This document shows positions 20,728 to 31,249 of a DNA stretch of 64,000 nt, in pieces. Each line of letters opens with the position of its first letter. Position 1 is the first letter of the stretch. The DNA is taken from assembly GCA_029974275.1 (NCBI GenBank), contig JARKSN010000030.1:14157-78156 (forward strand), read 5' to 3'. Source of the DNA: Candidatus Hydrogenedentota bacterium (lineage in GTDB: Bacteria > Hydrogenedentota > Hydrogenedentia > Hydrogenedentales > SLHB01). The notes beneath the pieces are model-generated. The model worked only from the letters and a program-made list of their open reading frames with translations, did no database searches and had not been told where the DNA came from. A program made the translations under genes and the position numbers.

Positions 20728-22668
20728 TTACTTGTCTTTTTGCTCGTCGTCCACAACGGTGAAATCGGCGTCCATCGTCGAGCCCGAATTGGATCCTGTG
20801 TTTGCCGAACCATCATCGCCTGGGGCGGCGCCGCTCGCAGCGCCGTCGGGGCTTGCTTGAGCTTGCGCGGCCGCGGCGGCGTACATGGCTTCGCCCAGTT
20901 TTTGCGCCGCCGCCGCGAGGCCGTTCGTCGCCTGTTCGATAGCCGTGACGTCTTCGCCTTTGAGGGCATTGCGCAAGGTTTCCGTGGCGGCTTCGATCTT
21001 GGCCTTTTCGGACGCGTCCACCTTGTCGCCGTATTCTTTTAACGACTTCTCCGTCGAGTACAGCATCGAGTCCGCGTTGTTGCGAACTTCGATGCCCTTG
21101 CGCCGCTCGTGGTCTTCTTTCGCATGGGCTTCGGCGTCTTTGACCATGCGCTCGACGTCAGCGTCGGACAGGCCGCTTGACGACTCGATGCGGATTTTCT
21201 GTTCCTTGCCCGTGGCCAGGTCCTTCGCGGCCACGTGAACGATGCCGTTGGCGTCGATGTCGAACGCGACCTCGATTTGCGGCACACCGCGCGGGGCGGG
21301 CGGGATGCCGATGAGGTCGAAGCGTCCCAGCGTGCGGTTGTCTGCCGCCATTTCGCGTTCGCCCTGCAGCACGTGAATCGTCACGGCGGTTTGGCCATCG
21401 GCGGCCGTCGAGAATATCTGCCGCTTGGTCACGGGAATCGTCGTGTTGCGTTCGATGAGTTTGGTGCAGATGCCGCCCAGGGTTTCGATGCCGAGGGACA
21501 ACGGCGTAACGTCGAGCAGGAGCACGTCTTTCACGTCGCCGGACAACACGCCCGCCTGGATCGCCGCGCCCACGGCGACGACTTCATCGGGGTTCACGCC
21601 GCGGTGCGGCTCTTTGCCGAAGATTGACTTGACGATCTCGCCGACTGCCGGCATGCGCGTCATGCCGCCGACGAGAATGACCTCGTCGATGTCGGACGCT
21701 TTGACGCTCGCGTCTTCGAGGGCGCGATAGCATGGGCCTTTTGTCCGCTGCAGCAAATCGTCGCAAAGTTGTTCGAGCTTGGCGCGCGTCAGCGTGTAGT
21801 TCATATGTTTCGGGCCCGATGCGTCCGCCGTGATGAACGGCAGGTTGATGTCGGTCTGCATGGTCGACGACAACTCGCACTTGGCCTTTTCGGCGGCCTC
21901 CTTGAGGCGCTGGAGGGCCATCGGGTCCTTGCGCAGGTCGATGCCTTGGTCCTTGAGGAATTCGTTCGCGAGCCAATCGATGACGCGCTGATCGAAGTCG
22001 TCGCCGCCGAGATGCGTGTCGCCGTTCGTGCTCAGCACTTCGAAGCTATCGTCGCCGATCGCGAGGATCGAGATATCGAAGGTGCCGCCGCCGAGGTCGT
22101 ACACCGCGACTTTCTCGTTCTTTTTGCGGTCGAGGCCATACGCCAACGCGGCCGCCGTCGGTTCGTTGATGATGCGCAGGACTTCGAGTCCGGCGATCTT
22201 GCCGGCGTCTTTGGTGGCCTGGCGTTGCGAGTCGTTGAAGTACGCAGGCACGGTGATGACGGCCTGGGTGACGGTCGCGCCCAGATAGGTTTCGGCGGTC
22301 TCTTTCATCTTACGCAGAATCATCGCCGACACCTCGGGCGGACGATGTTTCTGGCCCTGCACCTCGACCTGGCAATCGCCGGAAGGCGTTGCGGACACTT
22401 TGTACGGCACCAGTTTTTCTTCCGAGCCGACTTCCGAGTACTGGCGGCCCATGAAGCGTTTGATCGAGAAGACCGTGTTCTGCGGATTGGTGATGGCCTG
22501 ACGCTTGGCCGCCGCGCCGACAAGGCGCTCGCCGTCACGCGTGAATGCGACCACCGAAGGCGTGGTCCGGTTGCCTTCCGTGTTGGCGATGACGGTCGGT
22601 TCGCCGCCTTCCATGACAGCCACGCACGAATTGGCCGTGCCCAGGTCAATGCCGATGACTTTACCCAT
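20728..22668 (-). CDS. dnaK: chaperone DnaK (Hsp70)
   Basis: [47 protein letters not shown]. Confidence 0.99.
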   Translation of the reverse strand: MGKVIGIDLGTANSCVAVMEGGEPTVIANTEGNRTTPSVVAFTRDGERLVGAAAKRQAITNPQNTVFSIKRFMGRQYSEVGSEEKLVPYKVSATPSGDCQVEVQGQKHRPPEVSAMILRKMKETAETYLGATVTQAVITVPAYFNDSQRQATKDAGKIAGLEVLRIINEPTAAALAYGLDRKKNEKVAVYDLGGGTFDISILAIGDDSFEVLSTNGDTHLGGDDFDQRVIDWLANEFLKDQGIDLRKDPMALQRLKEAAEKAKCELSSTMQTDINLPFITADASGPKHMNYTLTRAKLEQLCDDLLQRTKGPCYRALEDASVKASDIDEVILVGGMTRMPAVGEIVKSIFGKEPHRGVNPDEVVAVGAAIQAGVLSGDVKDVLLLDVTPLSLGIETLGGICTKLIERNTTIPVTKRQIFSTAADGQTAVTIHVLQGEREMAADNRTLGRFDLIGIPPAPRGVPQIEVAFDIDANGIVHVAAKDLATGKEQKIRIESSSGLSDADVERMVKDAEAHAKEDHERRKGIEVRNNADSMLYSTEKSLKEYGDKVDASEKAKIEAATETLRNALKGEDVTAIEQATNGLAAAAQKLGEAMYAAAAAQAQASPDGAASGAAPGDDGSANTGSNSGSTMDADFTVVDDEQKDK

Positions 22669-22726
22669 TGCTGTACAACCTCCTTATTGCTACCGAGGGG
22701 CCAATCGCCCCTGGTTCGTCTGTTCG

Positions 22727-23359
22727 TTATTCCGCCGGGCTTGCCTCGCAGGGCGCGCCCATGTTTACGACTACTTTCGACGCGCGCAACACCTGATCGC
22801 CCAGGCGATATCCGCGCTGGAACTCGCGGACGACCGTCATCTCGGGGACGTCCGCCGAGGACTCTTGCATGACCGCCTCATGATGGTTCGGGTCGAACAC
22901 TTCGCCCACTGCCGGAATTGGCGTCACGCCGTGCCGCGTCAGCACGTCTGTGAACTGCTTCAACACCAGTTCGACGCCCTCGCGCAGGGCCGCCGGTTCG
23001 CCCTCAGCATGCTGCAACGCCAACTCCAAATGGTCCACGACGGGGAGCAAGTCGCGCATAAGCCCCTCGGCGGCCGTCTTGCGAATGCGTTCTTGATCGC
23101 GCATCATGCGTTTGCGGAAGTTTTCGAATTCCGCGCGCGCACGCAGCACCTGATCCTGCAATGCGTCTCGTTCGCGCAACGCTTTTTCGCACGCCGCCGC
23201 GATCGCCGTTCCGTCTTCCGGCTCCGTGATCATGTCCACCACGTCGCCGTCCCGCAGGGCGTCCGATTCCGAATCTTCAATGGACGCGTCCAGGCGCGCC
23301 GTTTCCTCCGGAGGCGCCGCCGTCGTATCCGCTTCGTTATCGTGTTTCTTGTGCTTCAT
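22727..23359 (-). CDS. grpE: nucleotide exchange factor GrpE
   Basis: AEFENFRKR, LLPVVDHLE, FDPNHHEAV, GYRLGDQVLRAS; ATG 23359 has a GGAG RBS. Confidence 0.95.
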   Translation of the reverse strand: MKHKKHDNEADTTAAPPEETARLDASIEDSESDALRDGDVVDMITEPEDGTAIAAACEKALRERDALQDQVLRARAEFENFRKRMMRDQERIRKTAAEGLMRDLLPVVDHLELALQHAEGEPAALREGVELVLKQFTDVLTRHGVTPIPAVGEVFDPNHHEAVMQESSADVPEMTVVREFQRGYRLGDQVLRASKVVVNMGAPCEASPAE

Positions 23360-23390
23360 TCGTTCTCCCACATCTGCCGCGCTGCGCCCA

Positions 23391-24449
23391 TCACCCCGCC
23401 AGCCGCGTCAGTAGTCGGCTCAACGCGCCGGCCGTGTAGTCGACCAGGGCCGTCAAGCGGGAATAGGGCATGCGGCGCGGTCCGAGCACGCCGACCATTC
23501 CAGCGGTCTTGTTGCCGACACAATACGGCGAGGCGACTACGCTTATATCCTTGAATTCCAGTTCGTTCGTTTCCGACCCGATCACCACGGTCGCCCGGGG
23601 CGGGCCATCTTGCGCGACGAAGCCGCGCAGAATGTGCGCCAGGCGTTCGCGTTCCTCCAACAGCGTGAACACGCTGCGCGCCTTGGCGACGTCATGAAAC
23701 TCCGGCTGCTCGAAAAGTTGCGTCGCGCCTTCCAAGAACAACTGCCCTTGCCGCAACGATGGAAGCAACGAGAACATCTCGACCGCCACGTCCGCAAGAC
23801 GCCGTTGTTCCGCCGCGAAGGCGTCCAGTTTACGTTGCAAAACGGCTCGCAACTGGTCTGCCGGCTCTCCCGACAACTGACTGTTCAAAAACCGGTTCAA
23901 TGCGGCGAAATCGTCGCCGGAAACCGTTCGCTCCAGATTGACCAGCGTCGTGCGCACCCCTCCGAAATTGTCGGCCACCATGACTGCGAAACGCGTCGCC
24001 GCTATCGGCACGACTTCGATCCGGCGCACGAGCGCCTGGCTGTCGCGCGCCGAGTCGACCAAGCCCGTCTGATGGGACACCAAGGCGAGCAAGTGGCTGG
24101 TCTGCCGCATGATGTCGTCGGAATCGTGAAGCCGCTGCGACAATTCTCGTTCGATACGGTCGCGCTCCGAGATCGTCAGTTCCTGGATGCGCATCAAATA
24201 GTCGACGTAATAACGATATCCTCGATCCGTCGGAACCCGCCCCGAACTCGTGTGCAATTGTTCGAGATATCCCGCTTCTTCCAAATCGGCCATGGCGTTG
24301 CGCACGGTCGCTGGGCTCAAATCCAGGTCAAAGCGCTTCACGATGGTTCGCGATCCCACCGCTTCCGCCGTGGTGATATACGTATGCACCACTGCGTGCA
24401 GAATCAGTTGTTCGCGTTCGTTGAGTTCGCGGCCTGGGGTCATTGCCAT
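23391..24449 (-). CDS. hrcA: heat-inducible transcription repressor HrcA
   Basis: SPATVRNAMADLEEAG, HTSSGRVPTDRGYRYYVD, GVLGPRRMPY; start 24449 or 24443, downstream of CIRCE. Confidence 0.96.
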   Translation of the reverse strand: MAMTPGRELNEREQLILHAVVHTYITTAEAVGSRTIVKRFDLDLSPATVRNAMADLEEAGYLEQLHTSSGRVPTDRGYRYYVDYLMRIQELTISERDRIERELSQRLHDSDDIMRQTSHLLALVSHQTGLVDSARDSQALVRRIEVVPIAATRFAVMVADNFGGVRTTLVNLERTVSGDDFAALNRFLNSQLSGEPADQLRAVLQRKLDAFAAEQRRLADVAVEMFSLLPSLRQGQLFLEGATQLFEQPEFHDVAKARSVFTLLEERERLAHILRGFVAQDGPPRATVVIGSETNELEFKDISVVASPYCVGNKTAGMVGVLGPRRMPYSRLTALVDYTAGALSRLLTRLAG

Positions 24450-24459
24450 CACTCCAGAA

Positions 24460-24486
24460 TTAGCACTCAACAGATAAGAGTGCTAA
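24460..24486. promoter_or_regulatory. CIRCE element (HrcA operator)
   Basis: Perfect TTAGCACTC-N9-GAGTGCTAA immediately upstream of hrcA. Confidence 0.98.
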
Positions 24487-24497
24487 CAGCCATTGGG

Positions 24498-24526
24498 AGT
24501 CTACCATAACTACAGGGCCGTGTCAA
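24498..24526 (-). promoter_or_regulatory. sigma70-type promoter of the hrcA-grpE-dnaK-dnaJ operon
   Basis: Minus strand TTGACA-17 nt-TAGACT with extended TG. Confidence 0.85.
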
Positions 24527-24624
24527 GAAGCACAACGCCACGGCCTGAGTTAGCGAAAGGGCTCAAGCCTTTGTTGAAACTGGATTTACGCCTGGACGCC
24601 TGCGGGGGGATTCTCCGGGGAAAC

Positions 24625-24653
24625 TTGACAGTCCCGTAGAGCCCTGATACCAT
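24625..24653 (+). promoter_or_regulatory. sigma70-type promoter of the divergent GT4 pair
   Basis: TTGACA-17 nt-TACCAT with extended TG, 25 nt before ATG 24679. Confidence 0.75.
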
Positions 24654-24678
24654 TCCGGTTCGGTGGGGGACGGGAAGC

Positions 24679-25800
24679 ATGCCACTCCAGATTGGGTTCG
24701 ACATCAGCCCCGTGATCGAAAAACGCACCGGCGTGGGCAACTACTGCTATTACCTTCTAAAACACTTGGTGGCGCTCGGGGAAGCGGAGTATGTTGGGTT
24801 TGCCTCTGGAACGGCGCGCATTGCGCTGGGGCCGCTCGCCGCTTCCGTGTCCCAGGTCCACGCGCCTCTTCCCACCCGTGCGCTGTATGGGCTGTGGAAC
24901 GTCTTGGGATTCCCGGCGGTGGACCGCCTGTTGGGCGGGGTGGATGTGTACCACGCCACGAATTTTTACCTCCCCCCAGTGCGGCAGGCCCGGACCGCGC
25001 TCACGATCCATGATTTGGCGTTCATGGCCTTGCCCGAGACATGCAGTCCGAAAATCGTCGGGCCATTTTCGCGAAGCATTCGGCGTTTTGCGCATCGCGC
25101 CGACGCGATTTTGGTTTATTCGGAGGCGACCCGACGGGATGTCGTCCGTTTTTTGGAGGCTCCCGCCGACAAGATAGCGATAGCCCCGATGGCGGTTGAC
25201 GAGGGGTTTATCCCGATGGATCGTGACGAGGCCGTCGAGTGGGTCGCGGCGCACTATGGCATACGCCAGCCGTTCCTGCTCTTTGTGAGCACGCTCGAAC
25301 CTCGCAAAAATGTGCCGGGGCTGCTCCGCGCGTTTGCCAAAGTGAAAAACCAACTCCCGCATTCTCTCGTGCTGATCGGGTCTGTCGGCTGGAATGCGGA
25401 CGATATTTTCGAGACGATCGCCGCGTTGCGGATCGAAGACCGCGTGATTCGTCCCGGGTTCGTGCCGCACATGAAGCTCCCCGCGTTCTACTGCGCCGCC
25501 GATGCCTTCGTGTTTCCGACGCTATACGAAGGCTTCGGCCTGCCGTTGCTCGAGGCCTTGGCGTGCGGGTGCCCCGTCGTGACGGCGGACAACTCCTCCG
25601 TGCCCGAGGTGACCGGCGGCGCCGCGCTGATGAGTGCGGCCGAGGACGAGGACGCCGTGGCCGCCAATATCGTGCGCATCGTGAGCGATTCGGCGTTGCG
25701 CGAGGACCTCGTGCATCGGGGGCGCGCGCATGCCCAGCAGTACTCCTGGCGCGCCTGCGCCGAAAAAACCTTCGCCGTATACCGCGAATTGGCCGGATGA
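24679..25800 (+). CDS. glycosyltransferase family 4 (mannosyltransferase MtfB-like)
   Basis: TGVGNY, LTIHDL, TLEPRKNV, FPTLYEGFGLPLLEALACGCPV. Confidence 0.9.
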   Translation: MPLQIGFDISPVIEKRTGVGNYCYYLLKHLVALGEAEYVGFASGTARIALGPLAASVSQVHAPLPTRALYGLWNVLGFPAVDRLLGGVDVYHATNFYLPPVRQARTALTIHDLAFMALPETCSPKIVGPFSRSIRRFAHRADAILVYSEATRRDVVRFLEAPADKIAIAPMAVDEGFIPMDRDEAVEWVAAHYGIRQPFLLFVSTLEPRKNVPGLLRAFAKVKNQLPHSLVLIGSVGWNADDIFETIAALRIEDRVIRPGFVPHMKLPAFYCAADAFVFPTLYEGFGLPLLEALACGCPVVTADNSSVPEVTGGAALMSAAEDEDAVAANIVRIVSDSALREDLVHRGRAHAQQYSWRACAEKTFAVYRELAG

Positions 25801-25825
25801 TGACCATCCCGGCGGGAGCAACGTC

Positions 25826-26926
25826 ATGCGCGTGTTGTTGAACGCTTTGCAGGCGGCCAATCGCAGCGGGACGGGCACGTACGTCACGCACCTCGCGCGC
25901 TGTTTGCCCGAGGCCGCGCCCGACCTCGAACTGTTCCTCGCTTGGCCGAAGGACGCCCCGCGCCCGCCACACGCAGCGGACAGCCGCGTCACGTACCTTC
26001 CGCGCACGGGCGCGGGTCTTGGGCGATCGCTGTATGAACAGTGGAGCCTGCGCAACGAAGCGCGACGCCTCCGCGTCGATCGCGTTCATTATCCCAGCAC
26101 CATCGGGCCGCTGCTGGCGACGTCCAGCCTTGTGTTGACCGTTCACGATCTCGCGTATCTCATCGAACCGACGTGGTTTCCGGCGGGGCGTTTGGCCTAC
26201 CTGCGGGCCGTCGTGCCGAGGGCCGTACGACAGGCGCGACGCATCATCGCCGTTTCCCACGCGACCGCGCAGGACCTTCACGAGCGTTTGCGCGTGCCGC
26301 TCGATCGCATCGACGTCATTCATGAAGGCGTCGACATGCAACGCTTTCACGAGACGTCTCCCCAACAACACGCCGCCGCACGCGCGAAGCACCGTTTGCC
26401 CGAACGCTATGTTCTTTTTCTTGGAACGCTGGAACCGCGCAAGAATCTCGTGCGTTTGATCGATGCGTGGTCGGCGATTGCCGGAGAGTGCCCGTACGAT
26501 TTGGTGTTGGCAGGACGGGACGGTTGGAAGTGCCAGCCCATCCACGACGCGGCAAACCGTTCGCCGCACGCGCCACGCATCCACCGTCCGGGATTCATCG
26601 CACCGGAGGACATGGCGGCGGTGATCGGCGGCGCGGTCGCCGTGGCATTTCCCAGCCTGTACGAAGGCTTCGGGCTGCCCGTGATCGAAGCGATGGCGTG
26701 CGGCGTCCCCGTAGTCACGTCGAATCTATCGAGCCTGCCCGAAATCGCAGGCGATGCCGCCGTGTTGGTGGACCCGCGGGATCGCGATGCCCTGGCCCAT
26801 GCGTTGGCGCAGGTAACTTCCGACGTCGCGCTTCGCGACGATTTGCGCCGGAAAGGACTGGCGCGCGCCGCCGCATTCACCTGGCTTCGCGCCGCCCAGC
26901 AGACCGCCCAGGTCTATTCCAGATAA
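25826..26926 (+). CDS. glycosyltransferase family 4 (MtfB-like)
   Basis: SGTGTY, LTVHDL, GTLEPRKNL, FPSLYEGFGLPVIEAMACGVPV; ATG 25826 after GGAG. Confidence 0.9.
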   Translation: MRVLLNALQAANRSGTGTYVTHLARCLPEAAPDLELFLAWPKDAPRPPHAADSRVTYLPRTGAGLGRSLYEQWSLRNEARRLRVDRVHYPSTIGPLLATSSLVLTVHDLAYLIEPTWFPAGRLAYLRAVVPRAVRQARRIIAVSHATAQDLHERLRVPLDRIDVIHEGVDMQRFHETSPQQHAAARAKHRLPERYVLFLGTLEPRKNLVRLIDAWSAIAGECPYDLVLAGRDGWKCQPIHDAANRSPHAPRIHRPGFIAPEDMAAVIGGAVAVAFPSLYEGFGLPVIEAMACGVPVVTSNLSSLPEIAGDAAVLVDPRDRDALAHALAQVTSDVALRDDLRRKGLARAAAFTWLRAAQQTAQVYSR

Positions 26927-26956
26927 AGCATATCTCTCGGAGGCTTCGGGCGGCGT

Positions 26957-29900
26957 TCAGAGAAGGCGAAGGGCGGCGTTGATGACGAGTTGGACGTCGA
27001 GAGCGTCGATGGAACCGTTGCCATCGACATCGCAATTGAAGCCCGTCTCCATTTTCAACGCCGCATTGATGACCAACTGGACGTCCAGGGCGTCCCACGC
27101 CCCGTCGCCGTTGATGTCGGCCGCTTCGATCAATGTGAGAGATGCATACTGTTGGTTCACGGCCACGGTCGCGCCGGACTCGGATAGGGCGATCGTGGCA
27201 GTTGCGGGGGTGACGAAACGGCCAATGCCAATCACTTCCTTGAAGAATATCGCGTGCTCGCCGAGGGGCAATTCCACAGCTTCGCCGCTGGGCATCCAGG
27301 AACCGTCTCCAACGCGCCACTGGGCTCCGCCAGCAATCGCCGCTTCGGGACCCAGCGTCACCCGGAGCAGCCCGGTTTGCCGCACATACGTGGCGTGCGT
27401 TGCCGTCGCAGGTCCGTCGACAATGTCAACCAGAGTCTCTGGAGGCGGATTCCATCCTGGCACGGAAGCAAAATCGATCCGATGACTGCCCAACGTTAGA
27501 TCATCGAGTTGCGCGCCGCTAGGTTGCCATGCTCCCCCGTCAACGCGCCACTGCGCGCCCGCTGCGACGGCGTCCTCCGGTCCGATGGTGACAATCAACG
27601 ATCCGGTGCGTTCGATATACGCGACGGAAAGAAGCGTTTCGGCGCCGTCGGAAATGGCCGCCGGCATGTCTTGGGGCTCGGTCCAACCCGGCACGGACGC
27701 GAACGATACCGTGTGGGAACCTGGAGGTAGCCCGTCGACGCGCGCGTCAGAGTTTTGCCACGCCCCGCCGTCGACGCGCCACTGCGCGCCTGCGCTGAGG
27801 GCGGCCTCGGGGGATATGTGAACGCGCAAACTGCCTTGAGGCGGCGGAAGGTAGGTGAGCGGCACGGCATTGCTGGTCACGTCTCCCGAGCAAATCACCG
27901 TAACGTCCACGCTGCCTTCGGGAAGGGCGGGCGCGGCGACCTGAATCTCCGTGTCGGACACAAGGGTGAACGCGGCGACAACGGTTTCGCCGAACAGAAC
28001 GGCCGTGCAGCCGGTCAGCGCCGATCCCTTGATGACGATGGATTCGCTTGCGTGGGCGAAAATGGCGTCTGGGGATAGGCTGTCGATCGTCGGCGGCACA
28101 TCGACGTACAAAAAAGCGTTCTCTAGACGCGCTTCGCCGCCCGCCGCCAACACCCGGATGTCGGCGGTTCCCGCAGGGAAAGCGGGCGCGACAGCTTCGA
28201 TAAGCGTCGGGCCCTTGACGTCCACCTGCAGCGCGGGGACGTCGCCGAAAAAGACCTTCACGGGGGCAAGGAAATTCGTTCCCCATAGGGTGACGCGCGC
28301 GCCGCCGCGAACGCTGGACGATGGCGGCGTGGCGAGACGCAGGGTGGGCGGGGCGGGCGTCGCATCCTGAATGCCTAACAGCACGACGTCGTCGATGTTC
28401 CAGCCCGCGCGCGTCTCGATGGAATCGGTTGGGCCCATGCCCCATCGGAGATACACCGTCGCCTGTCCGTCGGCCACGGCGGAAATGTTATACGTCACGG
28501 ACGTCCACGCACTGTCCTGAGCGACGATTCCGTCGTTGCTCCATATCACCGTCCACGTGATGCCGTCGTTGCTCGCTTCGATGTCCGCATAGTCCAATTC
28601 GCCCATTTCTGCCGATAGCCAGCGGTAGAACGAAAGCGAAACCTGCCGATGTCCCGAACAATCCATGGCCGTGGTTGTCAGGTATTCGGTCGATTCCATT
28701 CCGTTTGGATACGCTCCGTTCAGGTTGTACCCGAAAAGGGTTGATCCCGTGTGTGCGACCAGGGGGTCTCCGCTCAATCCTTGCGGCGATCCGAACATCC
28801 ACAGCCCCTCGCGGGTCCATTGGGGGTCTGTGTCGAACGGAAACGCAACGATCACGCTTTTGTTGATGGTCAACGAAGCGACATGTTGAACGGTTACGCC
28901 CGTCAGCAGATTGTTGAACAACACGACGCCTTGATAGGTTCCGGGCGCAAGCGAGGCGGCCGCGCTTGACAGCGCCACCGTGATCTCGGCCGACTCTCCG
29001 GAAGCCAGGACTCCCTGTCCTGGCGTCACGGAAAGCCACTCCGCTGGGCTGTAGGCTGTCCACGACACCGAGTCTTGTGCGTAGTTCGTGACCGTGTACG
29101 TCCGTTCTGACGGCGTGAAGGGTCCTCCTTTCAAGCCGGAACTCACGAAGGGGTCGTTGGGCGAAACAAGCCAGTAGTGCTGTTGATCGAAGGTCATGAC
29201 GGGCCCGGGCTCGCTGATGTTCGCGATATTGAGGTCTGACGAGGATCCGTCCCACCAGCGCGTGCTGGGCGACGTCCACGGGCCGCACTCGGCGTATTGG
29301 GGAGCCTTCCAAAGGTCCGATGCATCGCCCGCGTTCTGGTTGCGCTCGAGGTCCCAGCGTCCATCCGCTTGCACAAGGGTCACTTTGTAGTGCCGCGCCG
29401 GCGTCATTTGCTGGTAATCGTTGCTGCCGTCCTTGTCGATATGCCAGATGGCCAGACCGCTGTCGGGCAAGCGTTCGTCTCGCCCGGTTTGGTGACGGTT
29501 CTCGATCAAGTAATACTCGCGGTTGTTCGAGGAATTTGCGTATTTGAAGATTGTTCCTTCGGCTGCGGAAGCCGAGAAAGCCGATCCCGGCGCGTTCAGC
29601 AAGACAGGCGTCACCCACCCCGCCTGTTCGCGCAGATACGCGCAGGGTTTGACGGGCCGCTTCGCGAAGGCGCCGCCCCCCATCAGGCAATACGCGCCGA
29701 CCCCGCGCGAGTCGGCGTCGTAGTCGTACAAGTCAGGCCATCCGAAAAGCATATGGCCGTTTTCGTGACAAAACGTGCCGATGCCCAAATCATTCCCCAT
29801 GTCCGTGATTTGGTACGTCGCGACGTAGACGCCGTCCAATATCGCAAACGGAGATCCGCTGCGGTTATGCGGCCATAAACCCGCTCCCCAGCCGCTTGTG

Positions 29901-30748
29901 GCGGTTCCTGCGTACAGCACGTTCACCGCGTCTACGAATCCGTCATGGTTGGCATCGTATGCCGAGAAACTGAAGCCCTGATTGTTGAGCCAATGCAGGG
30001 CCTCGACGACGAGTTCCAGCGTCTTGGCGTGGGCGAAATCGGCGGGGTCGTCATAATACGATTTGGGGCGCGAGGCGCGATAGTAGACGCCGGGCACGTA
30101 GTTTGTGTAGGTAAGCAGGCCGCCCGACACATCCCCAAAATAGTCGCGAACCGACCCCTGGTTGTCATAACCGGAATATCCGGTTTGGTTGCAGAAATCG
30201 CGCACTTCCGCAGCGGATACGGTCTGCGGTTCGTCTGAAAAATCGACGAGCAGGCACAGGCCGTTCACCGTGCCAACGGACGGCAACGAAGAAAAGACAT
30301 GCGGATATCCGCTCTTGGCGGAGGAGACGGTTTCCCATGCGGCCCGGGCGGCGCGCGCCTTCGCGGCGGATGATTCGGGCAGAACGCGCAGATGAGGCGT
30401 CACTTCGGCACGCTTGGGAGGCGGGTACGACGCCGATATCTCCGTGGAGACGAGTTCCGTTGCGTCCGCTGACAACCGGGCGTAGCAGATTTCACCGCTG
30501 TCCGGGTCGCGAACAAGCGTATAGCCGTCGAGGGATTCAACGACTTGGTAGAATTCGTCGCCCCACGCCCGCGTCTGCACCAGGGATCCGCCGGGTTGAC
30601 GCAACGCCATCGCCTTCCCGAAAACCGGCCCGGCCTCCGCTTCCGGCGCGGTGAAAAACCACGCCGCAACAACGCCGGCAATTATCAGGAGTTCGCAGAT
30701 AAGCCGCTTCGGCGCGGCGTTTGGCATCGGAAGTAGTTTATCGGCCAT
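26957..30748 (-). CDS. secreted M6-family (immune inhibitor A-like) metalloprotease with BACON-like, jelly-roll, 2x IPT/TIG, 3x PEGA-like and dockerin domains
   Basis: WGDEFY propeptide, GSVRDYF, HENGHMLFGWPDLYD zinc motif, CLMGGG Met-turn, EYYLIENR; C-terminal DINGDG..DALDVQLVINAAL x2; start 30748 or 30727. Confidence 0.85.
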   Translation of the reverse strand: MADKLLPMPNAAPKRLICELLIIAGVVAAWFFTAPEAEAGPVFGKAMALRQPGGSLVQTRAWGDEFYQVVESLDGYTLVRDPDSGEICYARLSADATELVSTEISASYPPPKRAEVTPHLRVLPESSAAKARAARAAWETVSSAKSGYPHVFSSLPSVGTVNGLCLLVDFSDEPQTVSAAEVRDFCNQTGYSGYDNQGSVRDYFGDVSGGLLTYTNYVPGVYYRASRPKSYYDDPADFAHAKTLELVVEALHWLNNQGFSFSAYDANHDGFVDAVNVLYAGTATSGWGAGLWPHNRSGSPFAILDGVYVATYQITDMGNDLGIGTFCHENGHMLFGWPDLYDYDADSRGVGAYCLMGGGAFAKRPVKPCAYLREQAGWVTPVLLNAPGSAFSASAAEGTIFKYANSSNNREYYLIENRHQTGRDERLPDSGLAIWHIDKDGSNDYQQMTPARHYKVTLVQADGRWDLERNQNAGDASDLWKAPQYAECGPWTSPSTRWWDGSSSDLNIANISEPGPVMTFDQQHYWLVSPNDPFVSSGLKGGPFTPSERTYTVTNYAQDSVSWTAYSPAEWLSVTPGQGVLASGESAEITVALSSAAASLAPGTYQGVVLFNNLLTGVTVQHVASLTINKSVIVAFPFDTDPQWTREGLWMFGSPQGLSGDPLVAHTGSTLFGYNLNGAYPNGMESTEYLTTTAMDCSGHRQVSLSFYRWLSAEMGELDYADIEASNDGITWTVIWSNDGIVAQDSAWTSVTYNISAVADGQATVYLRWGMGPTDSIETRAGWNIDDVVLLGIQDATPAPPTLRLATPPSSSVRGGARVTLWGTNFLAPVKVFFGDVPALQVDVKGPTLIEAVAPAFPAGTADIRVLAAGGEARLENAFLYVDVPPTIDSLSPDAIFAHASESIVIKGSALTGCTAVLFGETVVAAFTLVSDTEIQVAAPALPEGSVDVTVICSGDVTSNAVPLTYLPPPQGSLRVHISPEAALSAGAQWRVDGGAWQNSDARVDGLPPGSHTVSFASVPGWTEPQDMPAAISDGAETLLSVAYIERTGSLIVTIGPEDAVAAGAQWRVDGGAWQPSGAQLDDLTLGSHRIDFASVPGWNPPPETLVDIVDGPATATHATYVRQTGLLRVTLGPEAAIAGGAQWRVGDGSWMPSGEAVELPLGEHAIFFKEVIGIGRFVTPATATIALSESGATVAVNQQYASLTLIEAADINGDGAWDALDVQLVINAALKMETGFNCDVDGNGSIDALDVQLVINAALRLL
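27150..27840 (-). repeat. three tandem ~79-aa PEGA-like repeats within the M6 protease gene
   Basis: G.L.V...PE.A...GAQWRV..G.W..S recurs three times. Confidence 0.75.
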
Positions 30749-30935
30749 GCTCGTCGTAACGGTTACACGTCCGCACAATTGCGCGTATGGTTTCATGTGC
30801 TTGCTGCAAAGAATGAAAATCGAACGAGGAAAGCGGTTCGGCGGCAAGGGATGGCTTGGCGGGCTGTTCCTCGCGGCGTTTCTGAGGGCCGTAGTTGGAA
30901 TCCGAGTTCCCGTAACGCGTCGCGTCGCTCATCAT
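30738..30935 (-). CDS. putative small protein (65 aa) upstream of, and overlapping, the M6 protease start
   Basis: GGGAGG RBS 8 nt before ATG; stop overlaps protease ATG 30748; lies downstream of a promoter. Confidence 0.45.
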   Translation of the reverse strand: MMSDATRYGNSDSNYGPQKRREEQPAKPSLAAEPLSSFDFHSLQQAHETIRAIVRTCNRYDEHGR

Positions 30936-31152
30936 GTCCCGGCCCTCCCTTTTCTCAAGGGTAACGGACTTTCACACACATGCCGACCTACGAAAAAACA
31001 TATCCCTACCAAATGAGGCCACTTGAATTACGGAAAAATGTTCCACCCCGCCTGCGGTGCATGGCAAAATGCGTGTACTCCCCCCTCTTGTACTTTTCCG
31101 CGTCCCGCAAACCCCGCGCAAAAATCGTGTTTCTTGTTCCTTTCTCTGTCTC

Positions 31153-31181
31153 ATTATGCCATGATCTCGAAAAATGTGCAA
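31153..31181 (-). promoter_or_regulatory. sigma70-type promoter for the small ORF and M6 protease
   Basis: Minus strand TTGCAC-17 nt-CATAAT with extended TG. Confidence 0.6.
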
Positions 31182-31249
31182 CCGATTTCTCGCTTTCCAT
31201 GCATGCGCCGGGCGTCCTCCCCTGTGTTTGGATGTGGCGATCGCGCTGG

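Noticed and set aside
21769..22872. ORFs antisense to dnaK
   Set aside because: Open antisense frames are a known by-product of hsp70 codon usage; no independent RBS or motif seen
24450..24470. hrcA start at 24470 as given in the ORF track
   Set aside because: It lies inside CIRCE; ATGs at 24449 and 24443 follow a GGAG RBS
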